Shown: positions 1 through 9,906 of the stretch, piece by piece
Layout: each line of letters begins with the position of its first letter
How positions within the stretch are numbered: the stretch's first letter is position 1
DNA from: Promethearchaeota archaeon
GTDB taxonomy: Archaea; Asgardarchaeota; Lokiarchaeia; Sigyniarchaeales; SOKP01
Direction of reading: 5' to 3'
DNA: 28,461 nt
NCBI GenBank assembly: GCA_019057865.1
Contig: JAHLWP010000044.1
Span: forward strand, 1 to 28,461
Notes under the pieces: generated by a model
The model's input: only the letters and a program-made list of their open reading frames with translations
Database searches by the model: none
What the model was told of the DNA's origin: nothing
Translations under genes and position numbers: made by a program

Positions 1-236
1 TATTTCTAACAAGGGAGAAAAAATCACGGGGGGTGATTGGTTAAATTTAAAATAAAGTCGGCTCTCCGAACACGGAAAATAATAGAAAAAAAAATAAATC
101 CTTGAATACTATAATAATCTAAAGATATTTCCCAAATCTATAAATTCTTTATAGACTAGATTTTTCAATAAAGCTAATAAAAATTTAATTTAATGAAATT
201 TGCTAGATAAAAATAAGAGCATGGTGATAGAAAGTT

Positions 237-932
237 GTGATAGGTTTGCCACAGACACGCAATAGGGAGCAACAAATTCCTCGGCTACAAGTAGCCCTAG
301 ACTTTGAAAACTTAGATGATGCTTTAGCAATAGCAAAAGAAGTAGCACCATTTGTGGATATTTTAGAGGCTGGAACACCTTTAATTAAGTCTGAAGGTGT
401 ACGAGTTGTTCAAACATTAAAGAAGGTATACCCAAACAAATTAGTTTGTGCTGATTTAAAAACTGCAGATGCTGGATACCTTGAGGTACGGATGGCAGCC
501 CGAGCAAAAGCCGATATTGTTACAATACTCGCTGATGCTTATGATATTACAATTAAGGAAGCCTTACGTGCTGCATATGAATTTCATGTAGAAATTATAG
601 TAGACCTTATCATGTCTCGAATACCTTCCAAAAGATTAGCAGAAATTATTAACCTCAATTATAAAGATACAAAAATACATTATGCCTTAGTTCACAGTGG
701 TTTAGATCGCCAAGCGTCACGACGAGCCCCATTATCAGAATTGGAATCAATAGCACGTATACAAAACCATCCCCGATTAGCGGTTGCTGGTGGAATCCGT
801 GTAACCGATATTTCTCAATTATTAGCTTATCCGTTGGATATTATCATTGTAGGTGGTGGAATTACTCGTGCAGAAAATCCAAGTGACGCTGCTGAAAAGA
901 TTCAAAAAGTTATATTTAAATATTTTAAGTAA
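237..932 (+). CDS. hxlA: 3-hexulose-6-phosphate synthase (HPS; OMP decarboxylase/HUMPS family)
   Basis: Family motifs LQVALD, ILEAGTPLIKSEG, ADLKTADAG, HSGLD, VAGGI, IVGGGIT. GTG start. Confidence 0.85.
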   Translation: MIGLPQTRNREQQIPRLQVALDFENLDDALAIAKEVAPFVDILEAGTPLIKSEGVRVVQTLKKVYPNKLVCADLKTADAGYLEVRMAARAKADIVTILADAYDITIKEALRAAYEFHVEIIVDLIMSRIPSKRLAEIINLNYKDTKIHYALVHSGLDRQASRRAPLSELESIARIQNHPRLAVAGGIRVTDISQLLAYPLDIIIVGGGITRAENPSDAAEKIQKVIFKYFK

Positions 933-1112
933 AGAAGACACCTTATGTTTGAAATAGAGTATGTTCTGAATTATGTTTTTATTCTTAAAATTAATTCAAA
1001 AACTCTAATATTGACTTATTAAGGATAAAGATCTTTTTCATGATAACCTTAAATAAGAGAAATAATTAATGTTAATTATTAAAACCGTAGCTCTAAAAAT
1101 AAGGGGATTAAT

Positions 1113-1316
1113 GTGGAGATTGATAAGGGATTTTTGATTGATTGCCTATGTAGTTCAGTGTTTAGTGCTATATCGATGATTGCGATAATATTTACTTTAA
1201 TAACTGAAACTTATGGAGATATAGTATTATTTTGGCTCTCATTAATAATATGGTCAGTTTTATTTATAATATCCATAGTATTTTTCATATTAACATTTAT
1301 CCAACATCTGAGGTAA
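1113..1316 (+). CDS. small hypothetical membrane protein (2 TM)
   Basis: 67-aa ORF with two hydrophobic stretches. Purine-rich AAGGGGA just upstream. Confidence 0.5.
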   Translation: MEIDKGFLIDCLCSSVFSAISMIAIIFTLITETYGDIVLFWLSLIIWSVLFIISIVFFILTFIQHLR

Positions 1317-1542
1317 TATTGGATCACTGTGTTAAGTGTATAAGAATTTAAGAATAAGTAGAGCTACGTAAATAATTTACTATTTTTGTCAATGAATTGA
1401 TTCTCTAAATTAACGTAAATAGAAAAATTAGAATTATTGAAATTATAATTAATATTATTCAAATTATAAATTATAAGTAATACATCGCAATGTATATTAA
1501 CAATATTCAAAAATTCAACCTATAATCAAATGAAAAAGAGCA

Positions 1543-3033
1543 ATGGAATTGGTAAGTACAAATATAATTGATATGTTTCTCCATCCAAAATCCGTAGCAG
1601 TGATAGGAGCATCAAAAAATCCGGTAAAAGGTGGGTATCGTATAGTAAATAATCTTAAATCAAATAATTATAAAGGAAGCATTTTTCCTGTTAATCCTAA
1701 CTCAAAAGGGAAATTATTTGGCTTAGAATTCAAAAAGTCAGTTCTAGAAATTGAAGAAGAAGTCGATCTTGCGATTTTCTATGTGTCAAATCGCATTATT
1801 CCAGAGTTATTAGAAGAATGTATTAAAAAAGGGATTAAAGGAGCCATCATTGAGGCTTCAGGATTTGAAGAGGTAGGAGATAAAGGTCTTGAATTAAAAA
1901 ATAAAATCCTAAAAATTACAGATGATTTTTCTAAAATTCGAATAGTAGGACCTAATTGTATGGGTCTTACTAGAATTGATGGAGACAGTATTAGTGAAGG
2001 TGATGAAAGAGGTGGCTTTTTTTCTAGTTTTGGTGTTTTTACTCAATATAAACGAGGAAATATCGCAATTATAAGTCAATCTGGAATGCTAAATGGAGGA
2101 TATCTCATGTATATAATGGAGAAATACCCTAATCTCGGTTTTAGATATTCATGTTCAATAGGAAATAAAATGGATTTAAGTGAAATTGAATTTTTAGACT
2201 ATTTGATTAATGATTCTACCGTAAATGTAATTGCTGTATATCTTGAATCATTTAGAAATCCTCGGAAATTTATTCAATTATGTAGAAAAACAAAAACTAT
2301 TCCTAATAAAACAATTATTCTAGTAAAAGGAGGTTTGACTTCTTTAGGTCAAAAAGCTTCTTTAAGTCATACTGGGGCTCTTGCTGAAAATTCAGAATTG
2401 ATAAATGCAATAATTAAACAATCTGGTGTTATAAGAGCCAATAGCTTTCATGAATTATTCCAGTTTGCAGGAACATTTTCAATGATGTATAATACTGGCA
2501 AAAACTTACCTAAACAAGGAAATATAGCTATGATTGCTGGCTCTGGAGGTGCTGGTACAATTTCGGCAGATCTTACAATGCAGTATGGACTAAATTTTCC
2601 AATCTTAGACAATGAGACATACAAAACTTTAAAAGAGGTATTTCCTGAATGGATGCCCCCAAATAAATTTGCTTTTATAGATATATGGCCTGCGATGGAA
2701 AAAGCAATGATGAGTGGTATTAAGACTGAAGTAGTAATGAATAAAGTATACAAAGTAATATTAGGGAAATCTGAAATTGAGGGTATATTTAACATGTTAT
2801 TTTGTTCAAAACGTTTTAGTGCCATGAATAATCTCGATCAAATAATAGAAAATGTTAATAATGCAAAAAAACCAATTTTCTTTTGGTTAATTGGTGAAAA
2901 TGATGAAGTTAAGCGAATTTCAAATATGCTAGCTGAACATAATATACCAGATTTTCCTTGTCTGGAAGAACTAGTAAAAAATTTTTGGATTTTAGTTCAA
3001 GAATCAAAGAATAAACAGATTAAACAATTATGA
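1543..3033 (+). CDS. acdA: ADP-forming acetate/acyl-CoA ligase alpha subunit (CoA-binding + ligase domains)
   Basis: PKSVAVIGAS, RIVGPNCMG, ISQSG, SIGNKMD, YLES, phospho-His motif ASLSHTGAL, GSGGAG. No beta subunit in the window. Confidence 0.88.
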   Translation: MELVSTNIIDMFLHPKSVAVIGASKNPVKGGYRIVNNLKSNNYKGSIFPVNPNSKGKLFGLEFKKSVLEIEEEVDLAIFYVSNRIIPELLEECIKKGIKGAIIEASGFEEVGDKGLELKNKILKITDDFSKIRIVGPNCMGLTRIDGDSISEGDERGGFFSSFGVFTQYKRGNIAIISQSGMLNGGYLMYIMEKYPNLGFRYSCSIGNKMDLSEIEFLDYLINDSTVNVIAVYLESFRNPRKFIQLCRKTKTIPNKTIILVKGGLTSLGQKASLSHTGALAENSELINAIIKQSGVIRANSFHELFQFAGTFSMMYNTGKNLPKQGNIAMIAGSGGAGTISADLTMQYGLNFPILDNETYKTLKEVFPEWMPPNKFAFIDIWPAMEKAMMSGIKTEVVMNKVYKVILGKSEIEGIFNMLFCSKRFSAMNNLDQIIENVNNAKKPIFFWLIGENDEVKRISNMLAEHNIPDFPCLEELVKNFWILVQESKNKQIKQL

Positions 3034-3485
3034 ACACAAAATTAATTATTAATAAATGTTCATATAATACTTTTCTTGTCCATTTGGGTAATTCTAGTTC
3101 TATTTGAGATAGTTTTTCTGCCAACTTTTTCATCTAAATTACCAGCATAACAATTTTTTTTAATTCAAACTTTCAAAATCTTCTATCTAAACAAATAAAT
3201 CAATTTCCTCATTAAAAAATTGGTTAAAAAAATAAATGTGAGTATTAATGCAATGGAAAACCATTAAAAGGAAAATCATTTATTTGAGGTTTTTTAATGA
3301 AAGTTTTATTTAAGATTTATGAGAATATAACAACTAATATTTTTACTATTTCAATTTAATTACTATAAATTTAAAAATTTTTAATTTACTAAAAATAAAA
3401 CAGAAAAAAAATATTGAATTAATATAAAAAGATTATCGGGGTTAATTCAATTTTAATTCATTATTAATAGATAATCGTGATTCTG

Positions 3486-4859
3486 ATGGTTTATTTTCAA
3501 ATTAATCGCATTGGATTTAATTGTGGATATTCCAAAAATAAATGTCCTAAAAATGCAAAAAACTGTGCTTTATGTATTAAAAATAAATTAAAAGAGCTAG
3601 GATTTGAAATAGATTCTAACCTAGAAATTTTTGAATTGGATTCTGAAGAAAAAAGACTTAAATTAGAACAAGATATAATCTGGCAAAAATTTCTGGATGT
3701 TTTAAATATTAAAACTATTATAATAATGGAAAAAGAATCCGGATTAACATTATTGAATTATGATGTTTCTGGAGTTGATGTTGATGCGAGTTTATTGAGT
3801 GGTTTTATACAAGCGAATATTATTTTTTCTGAATCAAGTGAAGTATCAATTCATAAAGCAAAATCTATGTTTGAATACCATTTTTACGAATTTCAATATA
3901 AAAATTTTAATATTTTACTTAAGGATGGAAAATATATCCGAGTCTGTTTAATTCTTGACCATAAAGCTTCTGATGAAATGAGAAACAACGTTTTTCGGTT
4001 TCTTGACCAATTCGAAGATCATTTCAAAGAAGAATTTGTTAATTTCCAAAGTAGTGGTTCTATTGATATTAAAGATATGGTTGAGAATATAATAAAATCT
4101 TTTTATATTGATCTAGTCTTCCCTATGACTCTAGCACATTCAATTCCTCCACTTGAACTGGAAAAAATTAAAAGAAATTTAATTCAAAAAGCAATTATCA
4201 ACCTAGCAAAAGAATTAATTAGTACAAAACCATTTTTTTTTGTTAATAATATGCTTAATAGCCTTAAAAAAATTGTTCATATCGAACCTAATATTGTTCT
4301 CTATGAAATTTATCAGTTATTAGAAAAAAGAATTATAGTACCTACGCCTATTGAAACAATAGCAAATAGAATCGAGACACTTCAAGAAGCAAATCATAAA
4401 AGAATTACTAAAATAAAATCAATATCATCCATTATTATCGATGATAGTGATATTGATAATTTAAAGGAAAATATAGAAAATATTGATGAAGAAACAGCAA
4501 AGAAAATGATAAGAGAATTTATGAAAAAAGGAAAAACAGCAGAGAAGGAATTAGTATATCAAGTAACAGATAAAGAATATAATAAAGCTTTATTAATAGC
4601 AAAAGAGTTTAATTTAAAAGAAGATATAAATAAAATTTCACAAAAAATTTTTGATCTAGAAAGTAAATCTAAACAAATAGAATTGAATTTTAATATTGAA
4701 ATGGCTGAAAATACCGAAAAAAATGGAGATATTATTAATAGTATAAATTACTATCAGAAGGCTTTAAAGATCCTTGAAAGTTTTCTTATCTATAATATTA
4801 TTGATCCTCGAATCAAAAAATTTAAGAAAAAAATATTAAAACTTAGAGAAGAAATTTAA
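3486..4859 (+). CDS. Asgard-type protein: Cys-rich N-terminus, longin/roadblock-like domain, helical TPR/MIT-like C-terminus
   Basis: CGYSKNKC..NCALC; IIIMEKESGLTLL...DASLLSGFIQAN...YEFQYKNFNILLKDGKYIRVCLILD, typical of Asgard longin-like domains; AENTEKNGDIINSINYYQKAL TPR-like. ATG at 3486 (track uses GTG 3477). Confidence 0.6.
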   Translation: MVYFQINRIGFNCGYSKNKCPKNAKNCALCIKNKLKELGFEIDSNLEIFELDSEEKRLKLEQDIIWQKFLDVLNIKTIIIMEKESGLTLLNYDVSGVDVDASLLSGFIQANIIFSESSEVSIHKAKSMFEYHFYEFQYKNFNILLKDGKYIRVCLILDHKASDEMRNNVFRFLDQFEDHFKEEFVNFQSSGSIDIKDMVENIIKSFYIDLVFPMTLAHSIPPLELEKIKRNLIQKAIINLAKELISTKPFFFVNNMLNSLKKIVHIEPNIVLYEIYQLLEKRIIVPTPIETIANRIETLQEANHKRITKIKSISSIIIDDSDIDNLKENIENIDEETAKKMIREFMKKGKTAEKELVYQVTDKEYNKALLIAKEFNLKEDINKISQKIFDLESKSKQIELNFNIEMAENTEKNGDIINSINYYQKALKILESFLIYNIIDPRIKKFKKKILKLREEI

Positions 4860-4926
4860 TATAAATAGCTCTTATTCTATAATTTTTTTTAGAACATTTC
4901 AAATTCAGTCTAAGCCAATTAAACAG

Positions 4927-5832
4927 TTAAAATTCACTAATATAATGGCTATAAAAAAAAGTACCATGAGAAAACTTCTCAGATAAAGGCATATCAGCAT
5001 TATAAAACCCAGAATCAAGAAACTTCAGTAATTCACTAATCTTTGGATATTTATCATAAAAATATTTAAGAATTCGATGAAAAAAAATGTAAAATTTTCC
5101 ATATGAAATTTTAAAATCCTTAAATTCTTTGTAGTTTAAGTGAAGTATAACTATGTTTGCAAATTCTTCTTTCATTTGTTTTGGTAATTTTTCAAATATA
5201 TGGAGGAGGAAGGACTTATTGTACATTAAATCAATAAATATTACTAATTCTATAATATTCTTTATTTTTAAATAATTAATTGGTGTAAAATTTACGAATC
5301 CTTTAAGTTTGTTAATTATATTTTTAAACAATTTAGAACTTGACTGATCTAATACATATTCTCTCTCATCCTCATTTAGGTAATCTAAATATCCATTATA
5401 AAGCAAGCATTGTATAACACTTAATTGCCCCTCATCAAATCTTTTGGCGATTTCTTCTTTAAATACATTTTTTGCGATAATATCTCCTGCTTCGGTTAAT
5501 CTTTTCAATAATGGAAAAGCTAAATTTGAATGCATTAAACAATTATTATAATTATTTTCATACCATGCCTGTAGATTAGAACAATGACCCCAGAATTGAA
5601 TCTCGGGAGAAATTATATTATATTTCTTTTCTGAAACCTCTAAGGTTTTATCTAATTTATCTATAACCTCGTTAATTGAAGAAATTTCTTCAAAAGATTC
5701 TATTTCATTTATGGGGATTTTTATTAATAGGTATTTACATTGTAAAAATAGTTTATTATTCACGTATATATTTGTCCTACCATTTTCCAACCTTAACTCA
5801 AGAAATTTATTTATTGTAAATTTTAACATCAA
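4927..5832 (-). CDS. Lokiarchaeia-expanded hypothetical family (N-terminal domain often found before LRRs)
   Basis: Signature INKFLELRLENGRTNIYVN..F.QCKYLL...PEIQFWGHCSNLQAWYEN..LHSNLAFPLLKRL..AGD..AK.VFKEEI. No clear LRRs here. Confidence 0.65.
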   Translation of the reverse strand: MMLKFTINKFLELRLENGRTNIYVNNKLFLQCKYLLIKIPINEIESFEEISSINEVIDKLDKTLEVSEKKYNIISPEIQFWGHCSNLQAWYENNYNNCLMHSNLAFPLLKRLTEAGDIIAKNVFKEEIAKRFDEGQLSVIQCLLYNGYLDYLNEDEREYVLDQSSSKLFKNIINKLKGFVNFTPINYLKIKNIIELVIFIDLMYNKSFLLHIFEKLPKQMKEEFANIVILHLNYKEFKDFKISYGKFYIFFHRILKYFYDKYPKISELLKFLDSGFYNADMPLSEKFSHGTFFYSHYISEF

Positions 5833-5907
5833 GGAAATTATCAGTCAGTATGTTTTTTATTTTTTTTCATTAATAAAGAAGTTTCAATGATTAATCTAAT
5901 CATAATT

Positions 5908-6555
5908 TTAGGTATTACAAATTCTATATAACTCTTCATAAATATTAGAAAGTCTTGAAATTGCATTATGATCATTTTGCTGCAAATAATAAGAGATATA
6001 ACCAGATAAACCCTGAGGATTTTTAATCCATTCTAAAAAACCCTCAATTTCCGCCTTTAAGACTGGATCAACCGTCATAGATTTTGGAGTTAAGATAGGT
6101 GTTGTATTATGTATAATTTTAGCTTCACTTTCGCTTGATAAATCTACTTTAGTTTCAATGAATTTTGATTTCGAACCTTTTTCAATCATTGCAGCAGCTC
6201 TAGCTATAGCAGGATAAGCCATATGATACCACCCTTTTGCTTTAGGTTTAATATGCGCAATCATATATTTATCTCCATCTGGTGTAGAGGTGCCAACTAA
6301 ATGTCCTTTCTTATGTCGATTAGTAGCAATAAAACGCTCTGATTCCATTTGAAGGATAGAATACCTGATTTTATTCAAATTCACAGATTGTGCATTTCCA
6401 CTTCCCCAACTTGAAAGTAAATCATTAATATCTCTTTTAACGCTCCAATTATCGGTTGAATATAATATTTTTCCCGATCTATTTACTACTACCACTTCTG
6501 ATGCATCAGAATAATGTTTTTGCAAATCCTTAACAATAGATTTGTAATTAACCAG
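5908..6555 (-). CDS. Asgard profilin-like protein with C-terminal extension
   Basis: VVVVNRSGKILYSTDNW...IRYSILQMESERFIATN..KKGHLVG...YMIAHI resembles Loki profilins. The frame is open upstream of the track start. A CTG at 6555 lies 7 nt after GAGGTG and adds the N-terminal helix VNYKSIVKDL. Confidence 0.65.
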   Translation of the reverse strand: MVNYKSIVKDLQKHYSDASEVVVVNRSGKILYSTDNWSVKRDINDLLSSWGSGNAQSVNLNKIRYSILQMESERFIATNRHKKGHLVGTSTPDGDKYMIAHIKPKAKGWYHMAYPAIARAAAMIEKGSKSKFIETKVDLSSESEAKIIHNTTPILTPKSMTVDPVLKAEIEGFLEWIKNPQGLSGYISYYLQQNDHNAISRLSNIYEELYRICNT

Positions 6556-6901
6556 ATTTATACACCTCTTATCAATAAATGAATCGATTTTTAAGTCCTC
6601 AATCAGTTAAGATATATTCTTAATAATATTAAAGATTTTATATCATTTTAGTAATAATATAATGGACTATAACTTTCCTATTATTTTCTCTAAAATAATT
6701 CTTTTAAAAATGTGATTTAAGATTTTAAATACAAAAAGTGTACTAATTTGGACTTTTATGTCAACTTACCTAAAGAATATACAAACTAAACGAATCTGAT
6801 CAAATTTTATATATTTTAAAAAAGTTTTTTTTTTTTCTATTATTACGGAAATCAAATTTTATTGTCATTTTTATATTTTAAACTAAATAGATAATATTAT
6901 C

Positions 6902-7417
6902 ATGAGAAAAACGGTTAAGATTGTCGTTTCGGGAGATGGAGGAGTAGGAAAGACTTGCTTTTTAAATCGATTAGTTCATGATAAGTTTAACATTAACAGT
7001 GATTTAACTAAAGGGGTGGATTTTTTTTCTAAAAGTGTCTCAGTTAATGATACTGAATACAATTTTATAATGTGGGATTTTGCTGGTCAAAACCATTTTA
7101 GAAGTTTATTAAACAGTTTTGTAGATGGATCAATAGCTGCTTTTATTTTATTTGACTTAACACGATTAAATACACTTGAAACTGTATATGAATGGATTAC
7201 AAAACTTTCTAATTATGGAAATATACCCACTTTAATTTTAGGCACAAAAAACGATATAACAAATCTCAATGATTATTCATTTCTCAATGAATATATTTCA
7301 GAAATAAGGAAATACTACAAAAATATTATTGGTTATTTTGATGTATCATCAAAAACTGGTTATAATATTAAAAGAGCTTTTGATTTTTTGATAGAATATA
7401 TTTCAGATTGTAGCTAA
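6902..7417 (+). CDS. small GTPase, Ras superfamily (Rab-like)
   Basis: G1 GDGGVGKT, G2 TKGVDF, G3 WDFAGQ, G4 TKND, G5 SSK. Confidence 0.92.
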   Translation: MRKTVKIVVSGDGGVGKTCFLNRLVHDKFNINSDLTKGVDFFSKSVSVNDTEYNFIMWDFAGQNHFRSLLNSFVDGSIAAFILFDLTRLNTLETVYEWITKLSNYGNIPTLILGTKNDITNLNDYSFLNEYISEIRKYYKNIIGYFDVSSKTGYNIKRAFDFLIEYISDCS

Positions 7418-7470
7418 AGAAAATCTTATGATTATTTCTTTTAATTAACTCTTTTTATAAAAGTAAACAT

Positions 7471-8511
7471 TTATGATATTTTAACGATCCAGCCAAACTC
7501 ATCCTCGATTTCTAATCGTTGAATACTATTCAAAAGTTCATAAAGTTTTATAGTTAATTCTCCAGGCTCCCCGTTGTTAAACACTCTTTTTTTCCCTTCT
7601 AAAAATACAGATGATATTGGAGTTATAACAGCAGCAGTTCCAGTACAGAAAGCTTCTGTGCAACTTTCTTCAAACAATTCTTTATAGGAAATATCTCTTT
7701 CTTCAACTTCTATTCTAAGTTTTTTTGAGCAGAGTTCTAAAATAGCCTCTCTTGTAATTCCTTCTAAAATAGTTCCTGTCTTTCTTGGAGTAGCTAATTT
7801 GCTATCAATTAAACCGAAAAAATTAGCGGTTCCAACTTCTTCAACATATTCCATATTTAAAGCATCTAAATAAAGTATTTGGGCAAAACCTTTGGCTTTC
7901 GTTTCTTTTACGGGTAACATAGTTCCTGCATAATTGCAACACGTTTTAGCAGATCCAGTACCTCCTGGTGCAGCTCTAGTATATTTTTTCGAAATTTCTA
8001 GATCAATTCCATTAAACCCCTCAGGAAAGTAAGGTCCTACAGGTACAGTAAAAACTATAAATTTAAATTCCTCCGCAGGGGCAACACCTACAATTGGTCC
8101 ATTTCCAATCATTAAAGGTCGTATATATAATGCTCCACCACTATCATATGGTGGAATATATTCTTCATTAGCTTTGACAACCTTCTTAACCGATTCTAAA
8201 AATTTATCAACATCATATTCCGGCATTACCATCCTTCTAGCACTCATATTGAATCTTTTACCATTTTCTTCAGGTCGAAATAACACAATTTCTCCAGTTT
8301 TTGTCCTCAAAGCTTTCATACCCTCGAATATACCTTGCCCATAATTCAATACACATGCAGCTGGTGAGATTTCAAAACTTCCAAATGGTATTAAATTTCC
8401 ATCATCCCATTTTCCATTCTTATAATCTGATACAAACATGGTTTTGGTTTTAAGATACCTGAAACCTAATGAATAAAAATCAATATCTTTTGGATCTACC
8501 ATAAACATCAA
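7471..8511 (-). CDS. ilvE: branched-chain amino acid aminotransferase (PLP fold IV)
   Basis: LNYGQGIFEGMKA, LYIRP, AKTCCNY (PLP Lys), EEVGTANFF, ILEGITR, GTAAVITPI. True start probably ATG 8508 or 8502. Confidence 0.93.
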   Translation of the reverse strand: MMFMVDPKDIDFYSLGFRYLKTKTMFVSDYKNGKWDDGNLIPFGSFEISPAACVLNYGQGIFEGMKALRTKTGEIVLFRPEENGKRFNMSARRMVMPEYDVDKFLESVKKVVKANEEYIPPYDSGGALYIRPLMIGNGPIVGVAPAEEFKFIVFTVPVGPYFPEGFNGIDLEISKKYTRAAPGGTGSAKTCCNYAGTMLPVKETKAKGFAQILYLDALNMEYVEEVGTANFFGLIDSKLATPRKTGTILEGITREAILELCSKKLRIEVEERDISYKELFEESCTEAFCTGTAAVITPISSVFLEGKKRVFNNGEPGELTIKLYELLNSIQRLEIEDEFGWIVKIS

Positions 8512-8667
8512 TTTCTTCTTTTAATTGGTAGAATTATATATGAAGCTTTTGTTAAAAAATCTTACCAATAAAAAATGAATAAAACATAAATAAGCCAAAT
8601 TAGTTTATTTATTATATTTTTAGAGAATTTAAATATACAATATAGAATATCAAATTAAAAAATTAAA

Positions 8668-9612
8668 ATGACACATGAATTACATAATACAGCTGAAATC
8701 AAATTAATTATAGCAGGCCTAGATAACGCAGGTAAGACTAGTTTTTTAATTGCTTTAAGACAAAAATATAATTTCTATGAACGGGTAAAAATCTTAAAAC
8801 CAACTATAAATATTGATTATAGTTCCTTTAATTTTTTAAATCTTTATTGTATAAATCTTTAGGATATGGGTGGACAAGAAAGGTTTAGAAAAATTTATAT
8901 TAATAATCCTGTATATTTCACTGATACTAATTATCTTTACTATCTTATTGATGTTCAAGATGAATTAAGATTTGAGGAATCAATTCAATATTTATCCGAT
9001 CTTTTGGATATTTTTAGAAGTTTAGAATATTCGAATGAAATTATAATATGCTTTCATAAATATGACCCAAAGTTTAAAAATAGCGAAGATTTCGTTGATA
9101 GAATAGAAATGATTAAAAATTTAGTTTTAACCCGAAATAAAGATTTACAATTCAGGTTTTTTAATACATCATACTATGATATTTCTTCATTATCAAAAGC
9201 TTTATCATACTCTTTAAATAAATTGTTAAATACAGAGAGAATTAACTCTAAATTGCAAAATATAGTCGTTAATTTTAATTGTAACCATTTAACTTTATAT
9301 ACTAGTAATGGTCTAATTATTTCTGATTATTACAACGAAACAATGGATATAAGAGATTTTGAAGAGATAATAACTAACAAAATAAATGATCATTTAGAAT
9401 TTTTTCAAAGATTAGGTGATCACGATGTTAATATCGATGAAAGAATGACATTCTCTAAAGAAAATACTGAATACGTAAAAAAATTCGATATATCAATTGG
9501 TAATGAAATTACTACCTTTTACCTAGGTATTTCAACTCCTTTAAGGAAAATTCTCGAATTAAAAAAAGAAGTAGATAAGTTAGAAATAATTTTGGAATCT
9601 ACTTTTACTTAA
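8668..9612 (+). pseudogene. Arf/Rag-like small GTPase fused to a roadblock/longin-like domain, interrupted by an in-frame TAG at 8860-8862
   Basis: Track ORFs 8668-8862 and 8866-9612 share a frame. G1 GLDNAGKTS, G2 PT, INL*DMGGQ (expected WDxGGQ), G4 HKYD, G5 TS; C-terminal LTLYTSNGLIISDY. Confidence 0.8.
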
Positions 9613-9684
9613 TTTAATAAAAAAATTAAAATTTTGCTTACATTTATATTAAATAAGTTCTAATTTCAAATCAATTTAACCTTT

Positions 9685-9760
9685 GCCAGAGTCGCCTAGA
9701 CTGGCAGGGCGACAGCCTGCAGAGTTGTTTACGGGAGTTCAAATCTCCCCTCTGGCTCCA
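9685..9760 (+). tRNA. tRNA-Cys (GCA), intronless, CCA encoded
   Basis: Acceptor GCCAGAG/CTCTGGC, D stem GCCT/GGGC, anticodon stem ACAGC/GTTGT with loop CTGCAGA, T stem GGGAG/CTCCC with TTCAAAT, discriminator U, then CCA. Confidence 0.96.
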
Positions 9761-9906
9761 GCTTTTTAAGAGAAAAATTTTTACCAATCGAAATCCAAAT
9801 AATATATACTTTGAAATGTTTATTAGCGCTTTTTCTTAAAAAAAAAATATTAATATTTAATTTGGTTTTCATAAGATTTTTCAAAATTATTAAGTTAGTT
9901 GAATAT

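Noticed and set aside
12-75. Hairpin AATCAC-GGGGG-GTGATT and possible GGAGA/TCTCC pairing (ncRNA or SECIS?)
   Set aside because: Too short, at the window edge, with no recognisable family motif.
3019-3215. Short minus-strand reading (MKKLAEKLSQIELELPKWTRKVLYEHLL...)
   Set aside because: Under 40 codons, stops upstream and no recognisable family; possibly a remnant but unsupported.
8860-8862. Genome-wide TAG recoding (pyrrolysine)
   Set aside because: TAG terminates panB and the YwgA-like gene at plausible ends, the site is a conserved Trp, and there are no pyl genes in the window.
9685-9760. tRNA-Cys as integration site for the island
   Set aside because: It is flanked by core-type genes, with no integrase and no duplicated tRNA 3' end seen in the window.
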